DNA from: Vulcanimicrobiota bacterium | GTDB lineage: Bacteria > Vulcanimicrobiota > Xenobia > Xenobiales > JADMJV01 | Length of the DNA: 64,000 nt | Assembly: GCA_050250895.1 (NCBI GenBank) | Contig: JBFWNU010000003.1 | Coordinates: forward strand, 32,001-96,000 | Reading direction: 5' to 3' | Part shown: one piece after another, positions 9,326 to 19,459 of the stretch | Layout: the number at the start of each line of letters is the position of its first letter | Numbering within the stretch: position 1 is the stretch's first letter | The notes under the pieces: generated by a model | Databases searched by the model: none | Seen by the model: only the letters and a program-made list of their open reading frames with translations | Told to the model about the DNA's origin: nothing | Program-made: the position numbers and the translations under genes

Positions 9326-10321
9326 GTGAAAAGGCTACGCGTTGTTTCTGTCGGCCTGGGGCCGATCGGTCTGGCCGCCGCCCGGCTGGCGCTCTCGAAG
9401 CGAAATGTCGAGTTAGTGGGGGCCGTCGATGTCGATCCTGCCAAGACAGGCAAAGACCTGGGCGAGTTGCTCGATTCGCCTGACACCGGGGTGGTGATCG
9501 AGGCCGAAGCCAGAGCGGCCTACGAACGACTCAAGCCGGATGCGATCTTGCACTGCACGTCGTCGTTCTTGCCGCGCGTTATCGACCAGCTGGTCGAGGC
9601 GGCCGAGGCAGGGGTGAACGTGGTCTCCTCCACCGAAGAACTGCTGGTGCCAGACTGGCGCCATCCCGAATTGGCCGCGCGCCTGCACCAGGCGGCCCTT
9701 GGGGGTGGGGCGACCGTGGTCGGCACCGGGGTCAACCCCGGCTACGCCATGGATTTTGTGGCCGCGGTCGGCTCGGCCGTTTGTTTTGATGTGCAGTCGG
9801 TCCACTGCCTGCGGGTGGTCGACGCGGGCTCGCGGCGGCTGCCGCTGCAGCAGAAAGTGGGAGCGGGCCTTACGATCGACGAGTTCAAAGCGAGGGAGGC
9901 GGCCGGCGGCTTCGGTCATATCGGCATCGAAGAGTCGGTGGTTCTCCTGGCGCGGGCCCTGGGCTTCGAGCTCGATAGCGTGGAATACGCCCTCGAGCCC
10001 GTGCTCAGCAAAACGACCCGCCAGACACCGTTCTTGACGGTCGAGGCAGGTCGCGTCGCTGGTATTCGAAATTTTGGCTACGGAAGGATCAACGGTTCAA
10101 CCGTTATAGAACTGGACCTGACGATGGCCGTGGGAGCGGATAACCCCCGCGACGAAGTGCGCCTGGCGGGCACTCCCGATCTACACCTTTCCTTCCCAGG
10201 GGGTATACCGGGCGATCTGGCCACGGCAGCGATTCTGGTCAACACGCTGTCTCAGGCCGTCGAAGCTGAGCCAGGTCTCAAGACGGTGCTCGAACTGGCT
10301 CCGCCGCGATTGGTGCGCTAG
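9326..10321 (+). CDS. Dihydrodipicolinate-reductase-like NAD(P)-dependent oxidoreductase (2,4-diaminopentanoate dehydrogenase family)
   Basis: VGLGPIG Rossmann motif, NVVSSTEE, GTGVNPG, KVGAG and GIPGD.AT. Confidence 0.8.
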   Translation: MKRLRVVSVGLGPIGLAAARLALSKRNVELVGAVDVDPAKTGKDLGELLDSPDTGVVIEAEARAAYERLKPDAILHCTSSFLPRVIDQLVEAAEAGVNVVSSTEELLVPDWRHPELAARLHQAALGGGATVVGTGVNPGYAMDFVAAVGSAVCFDVQSVHCLRVVDAGSRRLPLQQKVGAGLTIDEFKAREAAGGFGHIGIEESVVLLARALGFELDSVEYALEPVLSKTTRQTPFLTVEAGRVAGIRNFGYGRINGSTVIELDLTMAVGADNPRDEVRLAGTPDLHLSFPGGIPGDLATAAILVNTLSQAVEAEPGLKTVLELAPPRLVR

Positions 10322-10686
10322 TCGGTAAACTTGGCTACGGCTGCCCCGATGCCACCGGTGGCGCCGGTGAGAAAACCGAAGGCCAGAGCCGCGTCGCCAC
10401 CACCCACGGCATAACCGATGGCTCCGCCGATGGCGGTCGTCACGGCTGCGGCGGTGGCGATGGCAGCCGTCTTGTTTTCGACCAGGCTGGCCACCGTGGC
10501 GCCGACAGCACCACTGGCTGCTCCAGCCAGAATCACCTTGGGGATGAGGCCGGGGATAGCCTGAGCGACCGGGCTGGTCAGGGCCGGAATGCCGATGAGG
10601 CTTCCTCCGAGAGCGGCCCTGCCTACCGTCGAGGGACGCGGTAGTTTGCTTTTATAAGAAGTTGGCGTGAATCTCTGGATTTGCAT
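10318..10686 (-). CDS. Small glycine-zipper membrane protein
   Basis: MQIQRFTP leader followed by several G/A-rich hydrophobic helices. Confidence 0.7.
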   Translation of the reverse strand: MQIQRFTPTSYKSKLPRPSTVGRAALGGSLIGIPALTSPVAQAIPGLIPKVILAGAASGAVGATVASLVENKTAAIATAAAVTTAIGGAIGYAVGGGDAALAFGFLTGATGGIGAAVAKFTD

Positions 10687-10692
10687 GTTTCA

Positions 10693-10755
10693 ATTCTATT
10701 ATGAACCATTAAAAATTCCCTGAAAGCCGTGGGAAGTCCGTCACAGGAGCGTTAA
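10693..10755 (-). promoter_or_regulatory. Class I promoter
   Basis: On the minus strand: TTAAC-N6-GTGAC ... TTCAG(10724-10720)-N21-TAGAAT(10698-10693)-N6-ATG(10686). Confidence 0.55.
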
Positions 10756-10760
10756 AGAGG

Positions 10761-11201
10761 CTACTCGACGCGAAAGCTCTCGAGCATCTGCTGGGCCTCG
10801 AGGAAGGCTTCTGAGTCGGTCGACCGACTCGTCACCGTCCACAGAAAGCCTCGCTGGCCCGCCAGCAGAGCGTAGTAGATGCGGTATTGCTCGTCCTTAT
10901 AGAAGACCATCCAGTGGCACGGGACCTCGTTGATGGTGACCGTCTTTTCCTCTTTGAACTCGGACTCTTCTTCTCGCTCGAGAGCGCGCAGGCGCTCCAC
11001 CTCGTCTTCCAGGCTGGTGCCCCGAAAGCCCACGATCTGGATGTGGACATCGTCGCGGCCCAACTCCAGGCCGCGATCGTCGCTGCGAGTATGCAACCAA
11101 TGCTCGGGTACGACCAGGCTAAAACCCGACTTATCGGTCATTCGCTCCTGGGCAAAGCCCGGTAGCAGAAGGAGCAAGACGAGGATCAAAGCGTTTCGCA
11201 T
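10761..11201 (-). CDS. Hypothetical secreted protein (PsbP/DcrB-like fold possible)
   Basis: Signal peptide; GFSLVVPEHW near the N-terminus and MLESFRV at the C-terminus, typical of PsbP-like domains. Confidence 0.65.
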   Translation of the reverse strand: MRNALILVLLLLLPGFAQERMTDKSGFSLVVPEHWLHTRSDDRGLELGRDDVHIQIVGFRGTSLEDEVERLRALEREEESEFKEEKTVTINEVPCHWMVFYKDEQYRIYYALLAGQRGFLWTVTSRSTDSEAFLEAQQMLESFRVE

Positions 11202-11223
11202 CGCCGAAGGTTCGGGGTCGGAT

Positions 11224-14200
11224 CTACAGGTCCTCGTTCACCAGTGGGTCGTCGTCGTGGTGGCGCAGCCCGAAATCGTAGAGCAATCCCATCAGGGCCG
11301 GCACGACCGTGGGGGTGAGGATGGTGGAGAGGGTGAGTCCGCCCACCAGCACCACTCCCAGCCCTTGATAGAGTTCGGCGCCTTCCCCGGGGATAGCGGC
11401 CAGGGGCAACATCCCCAGCACCGAGGTGCCGGCCGACATCAGGATGGGGCGCAGCCGGTCACGGGTGGCCTGGCGCAACGACTCGAAATATTCGACTCCC
11501 TGTCGTTGCAACTGCAGGGCTCGGTCCACCAGCAGAATGGCGTTGTTGACCACCACCCCGGTCAGGATGACGAATCCGATGGCCGTGATCATATCCAGGG
11601 CCACGCCTCCGCCGGTGAGATAGATACCGAGCACCAGACAGATGACCGCTCCCATCAGCCCCAGCGGCACGGTGGTCATGATCACGAAAGGATAGACAAA
11701 CGAGCGATAGAGGGCCATCAACAGCAGATACGTGATGAGCAACGAGAAGACGAAGACCGAGAGCAGCTGGGACAGCGTCGAGGCCAGCTGGTCGGCCGAA
11801 CCCGAGATGTAGACCCGGTAGCCACGCGGCAACTGGGCCCGAATGGGGGCGATGACGTTGTTCTCGGCGGCCTCGACGGTGGCTCCCAGGGGGGCGGCCC
11901 GGTCGATGGTGACGGTCTGGGTGATCGAGCGCTCGAGGTTGACGTGATTGATGCGGTCGGGGCCGGTGGTGTCCACGACTTCGGCCACATCTTGAACCTG
12001 CACCCGGCCGCCGCGGGGGGTATTGAGCACCAGCTGGCGCAGGTCCGAGGGCGATTCGACCGAGACTCCCTCGAGCTCGACCACCACGTCCAGGGTCTCT
12101 TTGCCGTCGACGAATTCCGAAGCGAAACGACCGCCGAGGGCGGCCTCGACGGTGGCTGCCAGTTCGGCCGAATCGAGTCCGACTTCCGCCAGCCGAGCTT
12201 GATCGGGAATCACCCTCAGCTCGGGGGCGCCGAAGATATAGTCCGAGCGGACATTGACCACGCCCGGGGTCTGGCGCAGCTCACCGGTGATCTGGCCGTC
12301 GAGTTGAGCCAGCTTCTCGAGGTCAGGGCCCACGATGCGGACCTCGAACTCCTTGCCCGGGTTCTGGAAGATGGGCAAGCGGATGGGAAAGACGAAGCGA
12401 AAGCCGGGAAAGCCGAAGCCCATCGGCATCAGCTTGCCGACGGTGGCCTGCAGATTCGTGCCGTTGGCATACTCGGGCTTGAGTTTCACGCCGATGCCCC
12501 GAAAGCGCCCGTAGACCAGGAAATAGTCGCCGACCATGTCCATCGACTCGAGCACGCGCTTAGGATTTTGGACCAGTTCTTCGGCTTCGGGGATGCTGGT
12601 ACCGGGATACGGTTCCATCAGCCAGAAGATAAGATTGCGGTTGCCCTGAGGCAGATAGTCGGCCGGCGGAAGCAAGAGGTAGGCCACCACCAACAGAGCG
12701 GCACAGCCTCCGAGCACACTCCAGCGCCGACTCTGGCGCTCTTGGCCCAGCGACCATTCGGCGGTGGATTGGAGAAAATCCACCAGCCTTTTCTGATAGA
12801 CGCGAAACCAGCGTGAGGCTCGCGCAGCCAGCCCCGTCAGCCCGCCCGCTTCGCAGTGCAGGTCGACCTCGTCGCGGCTGAGGATAAAGCCTGAAAGCAT
12901 CGGCACCAGGGTGACAGCCGACAGCAGCGAGAGACCGACCGATGAGGCCAGGGTCAGACCCAGAGCGCGAAAGACGCGGCCCGCTTCGCCCTCGACCATC
13001 ACCAGCGGCGTGAAGACTGCCACCGTAGTCAGGGTCGAGGCCAACAGGGCGCCGGCCACCTCTTTGGTTCCTTCGATGGCGGCTCGCACCGGCTTGATGC
13101 CTTCTTCCAGCTTGGTGAAGACGTTCTCGATCACCACGATGGCATTGTCGATGACCATACCCACCGCGAAGGCCAGCCCGGCCAGGGTCAAGATATTGAG
13201 CGTCTGGTGCAGAAAATAGAGCAACAGGAACACGGTGATGATGGTGGTGGGAATGCTGATGGCGCAAACACCCACCGTGCGCAGCGAGCCCAGGAACAGC
13301 AGCAAGACACCGGTGGCCAGCACGCCACCCAGAAAGAGATTCTGCTTGACGAGGGCCACCGATTGGTTGACATAGTCACTCTCGTCATAGGCCGGCCTGA
13401 TCTCGATGGGCTCGCCCCGTTGCTGCAGGCGCGCCTCGAGTTCGGCGAGGGTGATGCGCAAGCGGCGGGAGAGGTCGGGCACGTTGGCCCCCACCTGACG
13501 GATGATGCCCACGGCCGCGGCCGGCTTGCCGTTATACAGAAAAAAGCCATCACGGAATTGCCGGCCCATGTGGGTTTGAGCCACATCGCCCAGATAGACG
13601 ATGCCGTTCTCATCCCGGCGCAGCACGAACTCTTCGAACTGATCGGCGGTGGTGGCCCGGCTTTTGGTGCTCACCCGGTATTCTCGGCGACCGGTGACGA
13701 GCGGGCCGCCGCGCACGTCCCGGTTGGTGCGGCGCAGCAGGTCGGTGACCTGGGTGACCCCGAGCTGGCGCGAGGCCAGTGCCTGGGGGTCGACCACCAC
13801 CTCCATCTCGCGTTTGCGGCCACCCACGATAATGAAGCGGCTGGTCCCTTCGACCCGGCGCAGTTCGGGTACCAGCACCTCTTCGACCAGATCGCGATAG
13901 TGGTCGGCGTCGGATTCGGCCCCCTTGGTGGGGCTCAGAACCACCCACATCACCGCCGAGGCGCCGTTACCGCCGCTGGCGATCTGCACGTCCGACTCGG
14001 TGGCCTCGGCGGGCAGGTCCTGGGCCTGGTTGAGCTTGTTGATCACCTCGATCAACTTGTCGTTGAGATCGACGCTCCAGTCGAACTCGATGGTGATGCT
14101 GCTGGCTCCAAGCTGACTGGAGCTGGTCATCTCTTTGATGCCCTCGACCTCTTCGAGCACATCCTCGAGGGGTCGCGTGATCAGGTCTTCGACCTCGGCC

Positions 14201-14361
14201 GGCCCGGCCCCGGGATAGACCGTGGAAATGCTGATCTCGGGGGTATCGCCACCGGGCTGAAGCTCCATGGGCAGGTTCCACATCGAGAGAAACCCGAACA
14301 GGGCCAGCAGCGAGAACACGGCCAGCGTGCCGTGACGCCAGCGAACGGCTAAATCAATCAT
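11224..14361 (-). CDS. RND efflux permease (AcrB/AcrD/AcrF family)
   Basis: 1045 aa; GMVIDNAIVVIEN, GVVVNNAILL and RLRPILM motifs. Confidence 0.95.
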   Translation of the reverse strand: MIDLAVRWRHGTLAVFSLLALFGFLSMWNLPMELQPGGDTPEISISTVYPGAGPAEVEDLITRPLEDVLEEVEGIKEMTSSSQLGASSITIEFDWSVDLNDKLIEVINKLNQAQDLPAEATESDVQIASGGNGASAVMWVVLSPTKGAESDADHYRDLVEEVLVPELRRVEGTSRFIIVGGRKREMEVVVDPQALASRQLGVTQVTDLLRRTNRDVRGGPLVTGRREYRVSTKSRATTADQFEEFVLRRDENGIVYLGDVAQTHMGRQFRDGFFLYNGKPAAAVGIIRQVGANVPDLSRRLRITLAELEARLQQRGEPIEIRPAYDESDYVNQSVALVKQNLFLGGVLATGVLLLFLGSLRTVGVCAISIPTTIITVFLLLYFLHQTLNILTLAGLAFAVGMVIDNAIVVIENVFTKLEEGIKPVRAAIEGTKEVAGALLASTLTTVAVFTPLVMVEGEAGRVFRALGLTLASSVGLSLLSAVTLVPMLSGFILSRDEVDLHCEAGGLTGLAARASRWFRVYQKRLVDFLQSTAEWSLGQERQSRRWSVLGGCAALLVVAYLLLPPADYLPQGNRNLIFWLMEPYPGTSIPEAEELVQNPKRVLESMDMVGDYFLVYGRFRGIGVKLKPEYANGTNLQATVGKLMPMGFGFPGFRFVFPIRLPIFQNPGKEFEVRIVGPDLEKLAQLDGQITGELRQTPGVVNVRSDYIFGAPELRVIPDQARLAEVGLDSAELAATVEAALGGRFASEFVDGKETLDVVVELEGVSVESPSDLRQLVLNTPRGGRVQVQDVAEVVDTTGPDRINHVNLERSITQTVTIDRAAPLGATVEAAENNVIAPIRAQLPRGYRVYISGSADQLASTLSQLLSVFVFSLLITYLLLMALYRSFVYPFVIMTTVPLGLMGAVICLVLGIYLTGGGVALDMITAIGFVILTGVVVNNAILLVDRALQLQRQGVEYFESLRQATRDRLRPILMSAGTSVLGMLPLAAIPGEGAELYQGLGVVLVGGLTLSTILTPTVVPALMGLLYDFGLRHHDDDPLVNEDL

Positions 14362-15818
14362 GACTTTTCCTCGGCTTGAGGCAGCACCACCGTGCCGCCC
14401 TCACGCAGGCCCGGCGCGCCGCGTTTGACCACCGACTGGCCGGGCTTGAGACCGTCGACGCGAATGGCCACCTGGGCGCCGGCCTCGGCTACCAGTTCCA
14501 CCTGGTGGGCGTGGGCCTTCTGTTCGGCATCGACGGTGAACAGCGACCAGCCCTCGGGTTGGCGCACCAGGGCGTCGCGCTCTACCACCAGATAGCTGCC
14601 CTCGGCCGGGATCAAAAGCTCACCGGCGATACTCATGCCGGGCAGCAGCCGGTCGCTGGTCCCCGAGACCCGGATGGTCTGACCACGGGTGCGATCCTCG
14701 GCCGCCTGAACCACCGCCTCGACCTTTCCTTTCCCCTCCCAGTCACTCAGAGACGCGGTCTTGAGCAACACGGTCATACCGGGCTTGACCTCACCCAGCA
14801 AGCGCTCGGGCACCTGAAAGAAGACATCCACCTCGGGGCTGGTCACGGTCAGGGCGGGGTCGCCCACCGAAACTCGGTCGCCCGGGCTGATCTGGCGTTG
14901 CGAGACGGTGCCCTCGACGGTGCTGGTGATCTCGGTCCGACTCACCGACAGCTGGGCCTGCTCCAGCTGGGCTCGCATCGCCTCGACCGCGTTGCGTTGG
15001 GCCGCGATGACCTCGCTGCGCGGTCCTTCCAGGGCTTCGTTATAGGCCGCTCGGGCTTTGGCGGTCTGGCTGCGGGCGTCGGCCAGATCGGCTTCGGCTC
15101 GCAATTCGTCGCGCCGATTTTCGGTGCTTTGGCCCGAGAAGGCGTGGTCGGCCCGCAACCGTTCGCCCCGGGCTGCGTCCAGGGCGGCTCGCACGCTGAC
15201 CAGTTGGCGTTCGGGCACGGCGCCTTGCTCGACCAGCTTCTCGGTGCGCTCCAGGTTGTCCTGAGCGTCACGCTCGCGCGCCTGGGCCGAATAGGCCTCG
15301 GCTTGTTTTTGGGCCAACAGGGTGGGGGCCAGCTTCTTGACGCTTTCGAGGTTGGCCTCGGCCTCTTTCTCGCGCGCCTCGGCGGCGTCGAGTTCGGCCT
15401 TGCGTTGCTCCATGACTTCGGGTCGGGTGCCTTCGATCAGTTCGCTCAAGCGGCTCTCGGCCTCGGCCAGCCGGGCTCGGACCTGGGCCGCCTGCAGGAC
15501 CTGGTCCGAGCCCTCGAGAGTGGCCACCGGGGCGCCTTCGTGGACCTGGTCCCCCTCTTCGACCAGCACGCGGGCAACCACGCCCTCGACCTGGCTACGG
15601 ATCACTGCCCGGGCGCGCGAGCGCGCGTCGCCGGTCAACTTGATCCGGCTGAAGAACTGCTCCTGGCGCAGTTCGGTCAAGACAACGGGGGTCGGGGGAG
15701 GGCCGCCATGGCCGCCGGGGCCCCCGCCCGAAAAGTGTCGATAGAGGCCGCGGCCGCCGAGGAGCAAGACAATCAAGCCCACGACGCCGGCCAGCATTCG
15801 CTTGAGGTGGTCACTCAT
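14358..15818 (-). CDS. RND efflux periplasmic adaptor (membrane fusion protein)
   Basis: N-terminal TM, lipoyl-like segment VEGVVARVLVEEGDQV, long coiled coil; overlaps the permease start. Confidence 0.9.
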   Translation of the reverse strand: MSDHLKRMLAGVVGLIVLLLGGRGLYRHFSGGGPGGHGGPPPTPVVLTELRQEQFFSRIKLTGDARSRARAVIRSQVEGVVARVLVEEGDQVHEGAPVATLEGSDQVLQAAQVRARLAEAESRLSELIEGTRPEVMEQRKAELDAAEAREKEAEANLESVKKLAPTLLAQKQAEAYSAQARERDAQDNLERTEKLVEQGAVPERQLVSVRAALDAARGERLRADHAFSGQSTENRRDELRAEADLADARSQTAKARAAYNEALEGPRSEVIAAQRNAVEAMRAQLEQAQLSVSRTEITSTVEGTVSQRQISPGDRVSVGDPALTVTSPEVDVFFQVPERLLGEVKPGMTVLLKTASLSDWEGKGKVEAVVQAAEDRTRGQTIRVSGTSDRLLPGMSIAGELLIPAEGSYLVVERDALVRQPEGWSLFTVDAEQKAHAHQVELVAEAGAQVAIRVDGLKPGQSVVKRGAPGLREGGTVVLPQAEEKS

Positions 15819-15890
15819 GGGTGAGGCCCTTTCTGGCTTCAATCGGGATCTCCTCGGTTTATTTTACCGAGTGGTCAACTTGCGCCCCTG

Positions 15891-15933
15891 TTAACCTCGC
15901 CTCAACTTACCCAACCCTGGCCGGTGCTATGCT
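15891..15933 (+). promoter_or_regulatory. Class I promoter
   Basis: TTAAC(15891)-N6-TCAAC(15902)-N21-TATGCT(15928)-N6-ATG(15940). Confidence 0.55.
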
Positions 15934-15939
15934 CCTACC

Positions 15940-16299
15940 ATGCTCATCTCCGCCTGTCCGAGGCCTACCGCCTCGGCTATTCCCGTTCGGCGTCCTGCAC
16001 CCGGCGCCGCGCTGGTCGCCGGGGCCGGGGCCGTCGGCGCTGCCGGGTTGGCCGCCCTCGATGTGACCGTTAGCGACAAGTTCAAGCATGGAGGCATCTG
16101 TTTTGCGGCCACCGTCGGGCTGGGACGGCTCGGGCTCAAGCCTGAACTGGCCGCGGGCGCGGTCTTTGCCGGGGCCACCATCGGCAAGGAAGTCGTGCTG
16201 GACCGGCTGTTGGGCCTGGGCAATCCCAGCCTCTTTGATGCCTCGGCCAATCTGGCCGGCTGCCTGGCCGGCTACGCCACCCTGAAGCTGATCGATTGA
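15940..16299 (+). CDS. Small membrane protein (YfiM/VanZ-like DKxxH motif)
   Basis: SDKFKH...GKE...D..AN..G pattern; hydrophobic helices. Confidence 0.6.
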   Translation: MLISACPRPTASAIPVRRPAPGAALVAGAGAVGAAGLAALDVTVSDKFKHGGICFAATVGLGRLGLKPELAAGAVFAGATIGKEVVLDRLLGLGNPSLFDASANLAGCLAGYATLKLID

Positions 16300-16402
16300 G
16301 GCTGGGCCGATGCCTTAGTCGGATAGGGAAGAACCTGATTTTCTGTCGGACGATAAGATAGGACTACCGAGGGCAAAAAGCGAAGCGAACACGGGGAGCC
16401 AG

Positions 16403-18586
16403 GTGGGGGAAATCACTCAAAAATCTCAACTCTCGGACATCCTCTTTGAGCACTCTAGAGACGGGTTGCTCGTGGTGGATTTCAGCGGCCGTGTTTGCCA
16501 GGCCAACCCCCGTGCCTGTACTCTGTTGGGGGCCGGCCTCGAGGGGCTACTGGGAGCCCAGATCGAAGAGCTGGCCCTGGCCGGTCCGGACGGGGCTCTC
16601 AACGTTCGGAGGGTGGCAGGAACCGAGGGCGAGGTCTATTTCTTGGCTCCCCGCTCTGACCTGCCCGAGCTAGAGCGGCTAAAAACCGTGGTCGAGAACC
16701 TCAACGAGGGACTCATCTTTGCCGATGCTTCGAGCAACGTGTTTTATTGGAACCGCGCCGCCATCGAATTGCACGGATTTCCCAGCAGCGAAGAGTGCTA
16801 CCGCACTTTGCCCGAGTTCGAAGAGATCTATGAGCTTCGCGAGCTCGGAGGGCGAGTGCTCAGCCTCGACGATTGGCCTATGGCACGGCTGTTGCGGGGC
16901 GAGAAGGTCCACCGTCTCGACCTCGAACTGCGACGTCGCGACCAGGATTGGCAACGCTGTTTTCGTTACTCGGGTAACCACGTCCTCAGTGAGACCGGCC
17001 GCAGCTATGTCTTTTTGACCTTGTCCGACATCTCTGGCCAGGTTCACATCGAGCGGCAACTGCGTCGCGAGCGGGAGCGCTTCGAGAAGCTGGTTTTGAC
17101 GGTGCCCGGAGTGGTTCACACCTTCAAAGAGGACCCCGACGGCCATGTCAGCTTTCCCTTCGCCAGTCCGGCCATCGAGGACATTTACGGGCTCACACCC
17201 GCGCAGCTCAAAGAGGACGGGGCCGTGGTGTCTCTGTGGCACCCCGAGGATGTGGATCGGATCCTGACCACCGTCGCGGCGTCGCGAGAGAAGTGGACAG
17301 CCTGGCACCAGGAGTTCAGGGTGATTCACCCCGACCGCGGGGTGGTCTGGGTGGAGGGTCACTCGCTGCCGCGGAAAGGGCCTGACGGCAGCGTCATCTG
17401 GTCCGGGGTTCTGCTCGATGTCACCGAGCGAAAGCTGAGCGAGGCCAAGCAACGGCAGCTCGAAGCCCAGCTGCGACACGCCCAGAAGATGGAGTCGGTG
17501 GGGCGGCTGGCCGGCGGGGTCGCCCACGATTTCAACAACTTCCTCACCGTCATCCAGATGTATTCCGAGCTCTTGCTGGCCGACGGAAGTTTCACCGGGC
17601 TAAACCGCGAGGGCCTGCAAGAGATCCGCAAAGCTGGCGAGCGAGCGGCGGCCCTAACTCGCCAGTTGCTGATGTTCTCTCGCCGACAGCTCATCGAGCC
17701 TCGCGTGCTCGACGCCAACCAGCTACTCGCAGACCTCGAGCGGATGCTCAGTCGCCTGATCGGCGAGAACATTGCCGTCGAGATTGAACTGGCCGAAGAG
17801 CTCTGGCCCGTCGAGGTCGACGCTGGTGGGCTCGAGCAAGCCGTGGTCAACTTGATCGTCAACGCCCGCGACGCCATGCCCCAAGGTGGATGTCTGCGGC
17901 TGCAAACCCGCAACGTGCCGGGATGTCCCGACGGCATCGAGATCGTGATTACCGATGACGGTGAAGGGATGGAAGCGGCCACTCAGGCCCGAATTTTCGA
18001 ACCGTTCTTCACCACCAAGGCTCAGGGTCAGGGCACGGGGCTCGGTCTCTCCACCGTCTACGGGGTGGTCCAACAGGCCAGCGGGCGGGTCACGGTAGAG
18101 AGCCGGGTGGGAGAGGGAGCCAGTTTTACGATCTGGTTGCCGGCCAGCGCCAGCCGCCCGGAACCGGCCACCGGCCAGGCCGAAGCACCCAGCGACACGG
18201 GGGCCGAGACGATTCTGGTGGTCGAGGATGACGACGCCGTGCGCCACCTGCTCGAACTCATGCTCGGCCGGCTCGGCTACAAGGTCTTGCTCGCCTACGA
18301 CGGGGTCCACGCTCTCGAACTCGCCGAGCAATATCCCGCAACGATTCATTTGCTCCTGACCGACCTCGTCATGCCTCGCCTGGGAGGACGCCACCTGGCC
18401 GAGCGGTTGGTTCAGCAAAGACCCGACTTGAGGGTCCTGTTCATGTCCGGCTACACCGATGACGAGGTCATTCGCGTGGGGATGCTCGAGTCTGATGTGG
18501 ACCTCGTGGTCAAGCCCTTCCGGGCCGGCGAGCTGGCCTCGCGGGTGCGCCGGATGCTCGATCAGCCGAGCGTGACCAGCTGGTAG
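16403..18586 (+). CDS. PAS-domain hybrid histidine kinase/response regulator
   Basis: PAS repeats, AHDFNN H-box, FEPFFTTK, GTGLGL, C-terminal receiver domain (VEDD, LLTD, KPF). Confidence 0.92.
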   Translation: MGEITQKSQLSDILFEHSRDGLLVVDFSGRVCQANPRACTLLGAGLEGLLGAQIEELALAGPDGALNVRRVAGTEGEVYFLAPRSDLPELERLKTVVENLNEGLIFADASSNVFYWNRAAIELHGFPSSEECYRTLPEFEEIYELRELGGRVLSLDDWPMARLLRGEKVHRLDLELRRRDQDWQRCFRYSGNHVLSETGRSYVFLTLSDISGQVHIERQLRRERERFEKLVLTVPGVVHTFKEDPDGHVSFPFASPAIEDIYGLTPAQLKEDGAVVSLWHPEDVDRILTTVAASREKWTAWHQEFRVIHPDRGVVWVEGHSLPRKGPDGSVIWSGVLLDVTERKLSEAKQRQLEAQLRHAQKMESVGRLAGGVAHDFNNFLTVIQMYSELLLADGSFTGLNREGLQEIRKAGERAAALTRQLLMFSRRQLIEPRVLDANQLLADLERMLSRLIGENIAVEIELAEELWPVEVDAGGLEQAVVNLIVNARDAMPQGGCLRLQTRNVPGCPDGIEIVITDDGEGMEAATQARIFEPFFTTKAQGQGTGLGLSTVYGVVQQASGRVTVESRVGEGASFTIWLPASASRPEPATGQAEAPSDTGAETILVVEDDDAVRHLLELMLGRLGYKVLLAYDGVHALELAEQYPATIHLLLTDLVMPRLGGRHLAERLVQQRPDLRVLFMSGYTDDEVIRVGMLESDVDLVVKPFRAGELASRVRRMLDQPSVTSW

Positions 18587-19344
18587 GCCCGGGCCAGAAG
18601 CCTGCCCTGGCGACTCCACAGACAGGCCTGCTCTTCAGCGTAGCCGGCCGCCAGACTGGGGCAGGTGGCCTCGAACAGAAGCCAATCCTCCGCGGGTAGC
18701 TGATCGCACAGAAAGTGATAGGTGAGTTCGGCCGTGGCCGCTTTGATGGGCTGGTCATAGAGGGGCAGCACCGCCGGCGGCCAGGCATCGAGCAGGGCGC
18801 ACAGGCCCACGAAGTCGGGAAAACGAGGCTCGCGCCAGCGGATCCAACCACCCAACCGGCCCTGGTCGGCGCCGGTATAGGGCATGGCCCCCAGGGCGGG
18901 CCGATAGTCGAGATGTTGGGTGAAGGTGGGCATCATAGGGCTGGCCGGGGGCGGGGCCAGGGCTTCGGGAGGGGGCACTGAGGGCGCCGGCTCAGCCTGC
19001 TTGACCCGCTCGTCGGCCCGACTCAAGCCGAAGGTGGCCAGAGCCTGGGCCACCAATCCGTGCTGGTCGTGGATGCTTCCCATGAGCATCTGGGTCCGGG
19101 TCCCCTGGCGGGCCAGCCGAGCCTCGACCCGAGCTGGTCCGGGGGCGGCTGGCGCGCAAAATTGGACGGTGAGGGAGCGCGGGCGGCCCAGGCTGGCCCG
19201 TTGGTCAAAGGCCTTGAGCAGAAGGGCTGATAACAGTCCTCCATAGACGCCCCGCCCGATGGACCAGCTGGCATCGAGTTGCACTAAAAATTCAACATCG
19301 TCTTTTGAAGTCAGCTGCGTGGCCTGGTCAAAGCTCGTAGGCAT
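18562..19344 (-). CDS. Acyl-CoA thioesterase family protein (double hotdog, TesB-like)
   Basis: W..GRGVYGG, LLDAWPP and GYAEEQACLWS..GRLLA motifs. Confidence 0.85.
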   Translation of the reverse strand: MPTSFDQATQLTSKDDVEFLVQLDASWSIGRGVYGGLLSALLLKAFDQRASLGRPRSLTVQFCAPAAPGPARVEARLARQGTRTQMLMGSIHDQHGLVAQALATFGLSRADERVKQAEPAPSVPPPEALAPPPASPMMPTFTQHLDYRPALGAMPYTGADQGRLGGWIRWREPRFPDFVGLCALLDAWPPAVLPLYDQPIKAATAELTYHFLCDQLPAEDWLLFEATCPSLAAGYAEEQACLWSRQGRLLARAYQLVTLG

Positions 19345-19389
19345 AAAGGTTTCCTCCTGGCGAGGGGCGGGTCTGGTCTCTGGCTGGAG

Positions 19390-19405
19390 TTAACAAGCTG
19401 TTAAC
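19390..19405. promoter_or_regulatory. TTAAC-N6-TTAAC direct repeat (OmpR/CtrA-type box) between divergent genes
   Basis: GTTAACAAGCTGTTAACAAG, 11-bp period. Confidence 0.55.
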
Positions 19406-19459
19406 AAGTTTTGGTCTTTTGGGGAACTTTCGGAGAAGGTCACCGGCTAGAGTAGGCCT

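Noticed and set aside
10930-12816. 628-aa plus-strand ORF (also 13207-14352 and 14376-15824)
   Set aside because: Antisense shadows of the RND genes; long open antisense frames are expected at high GC.
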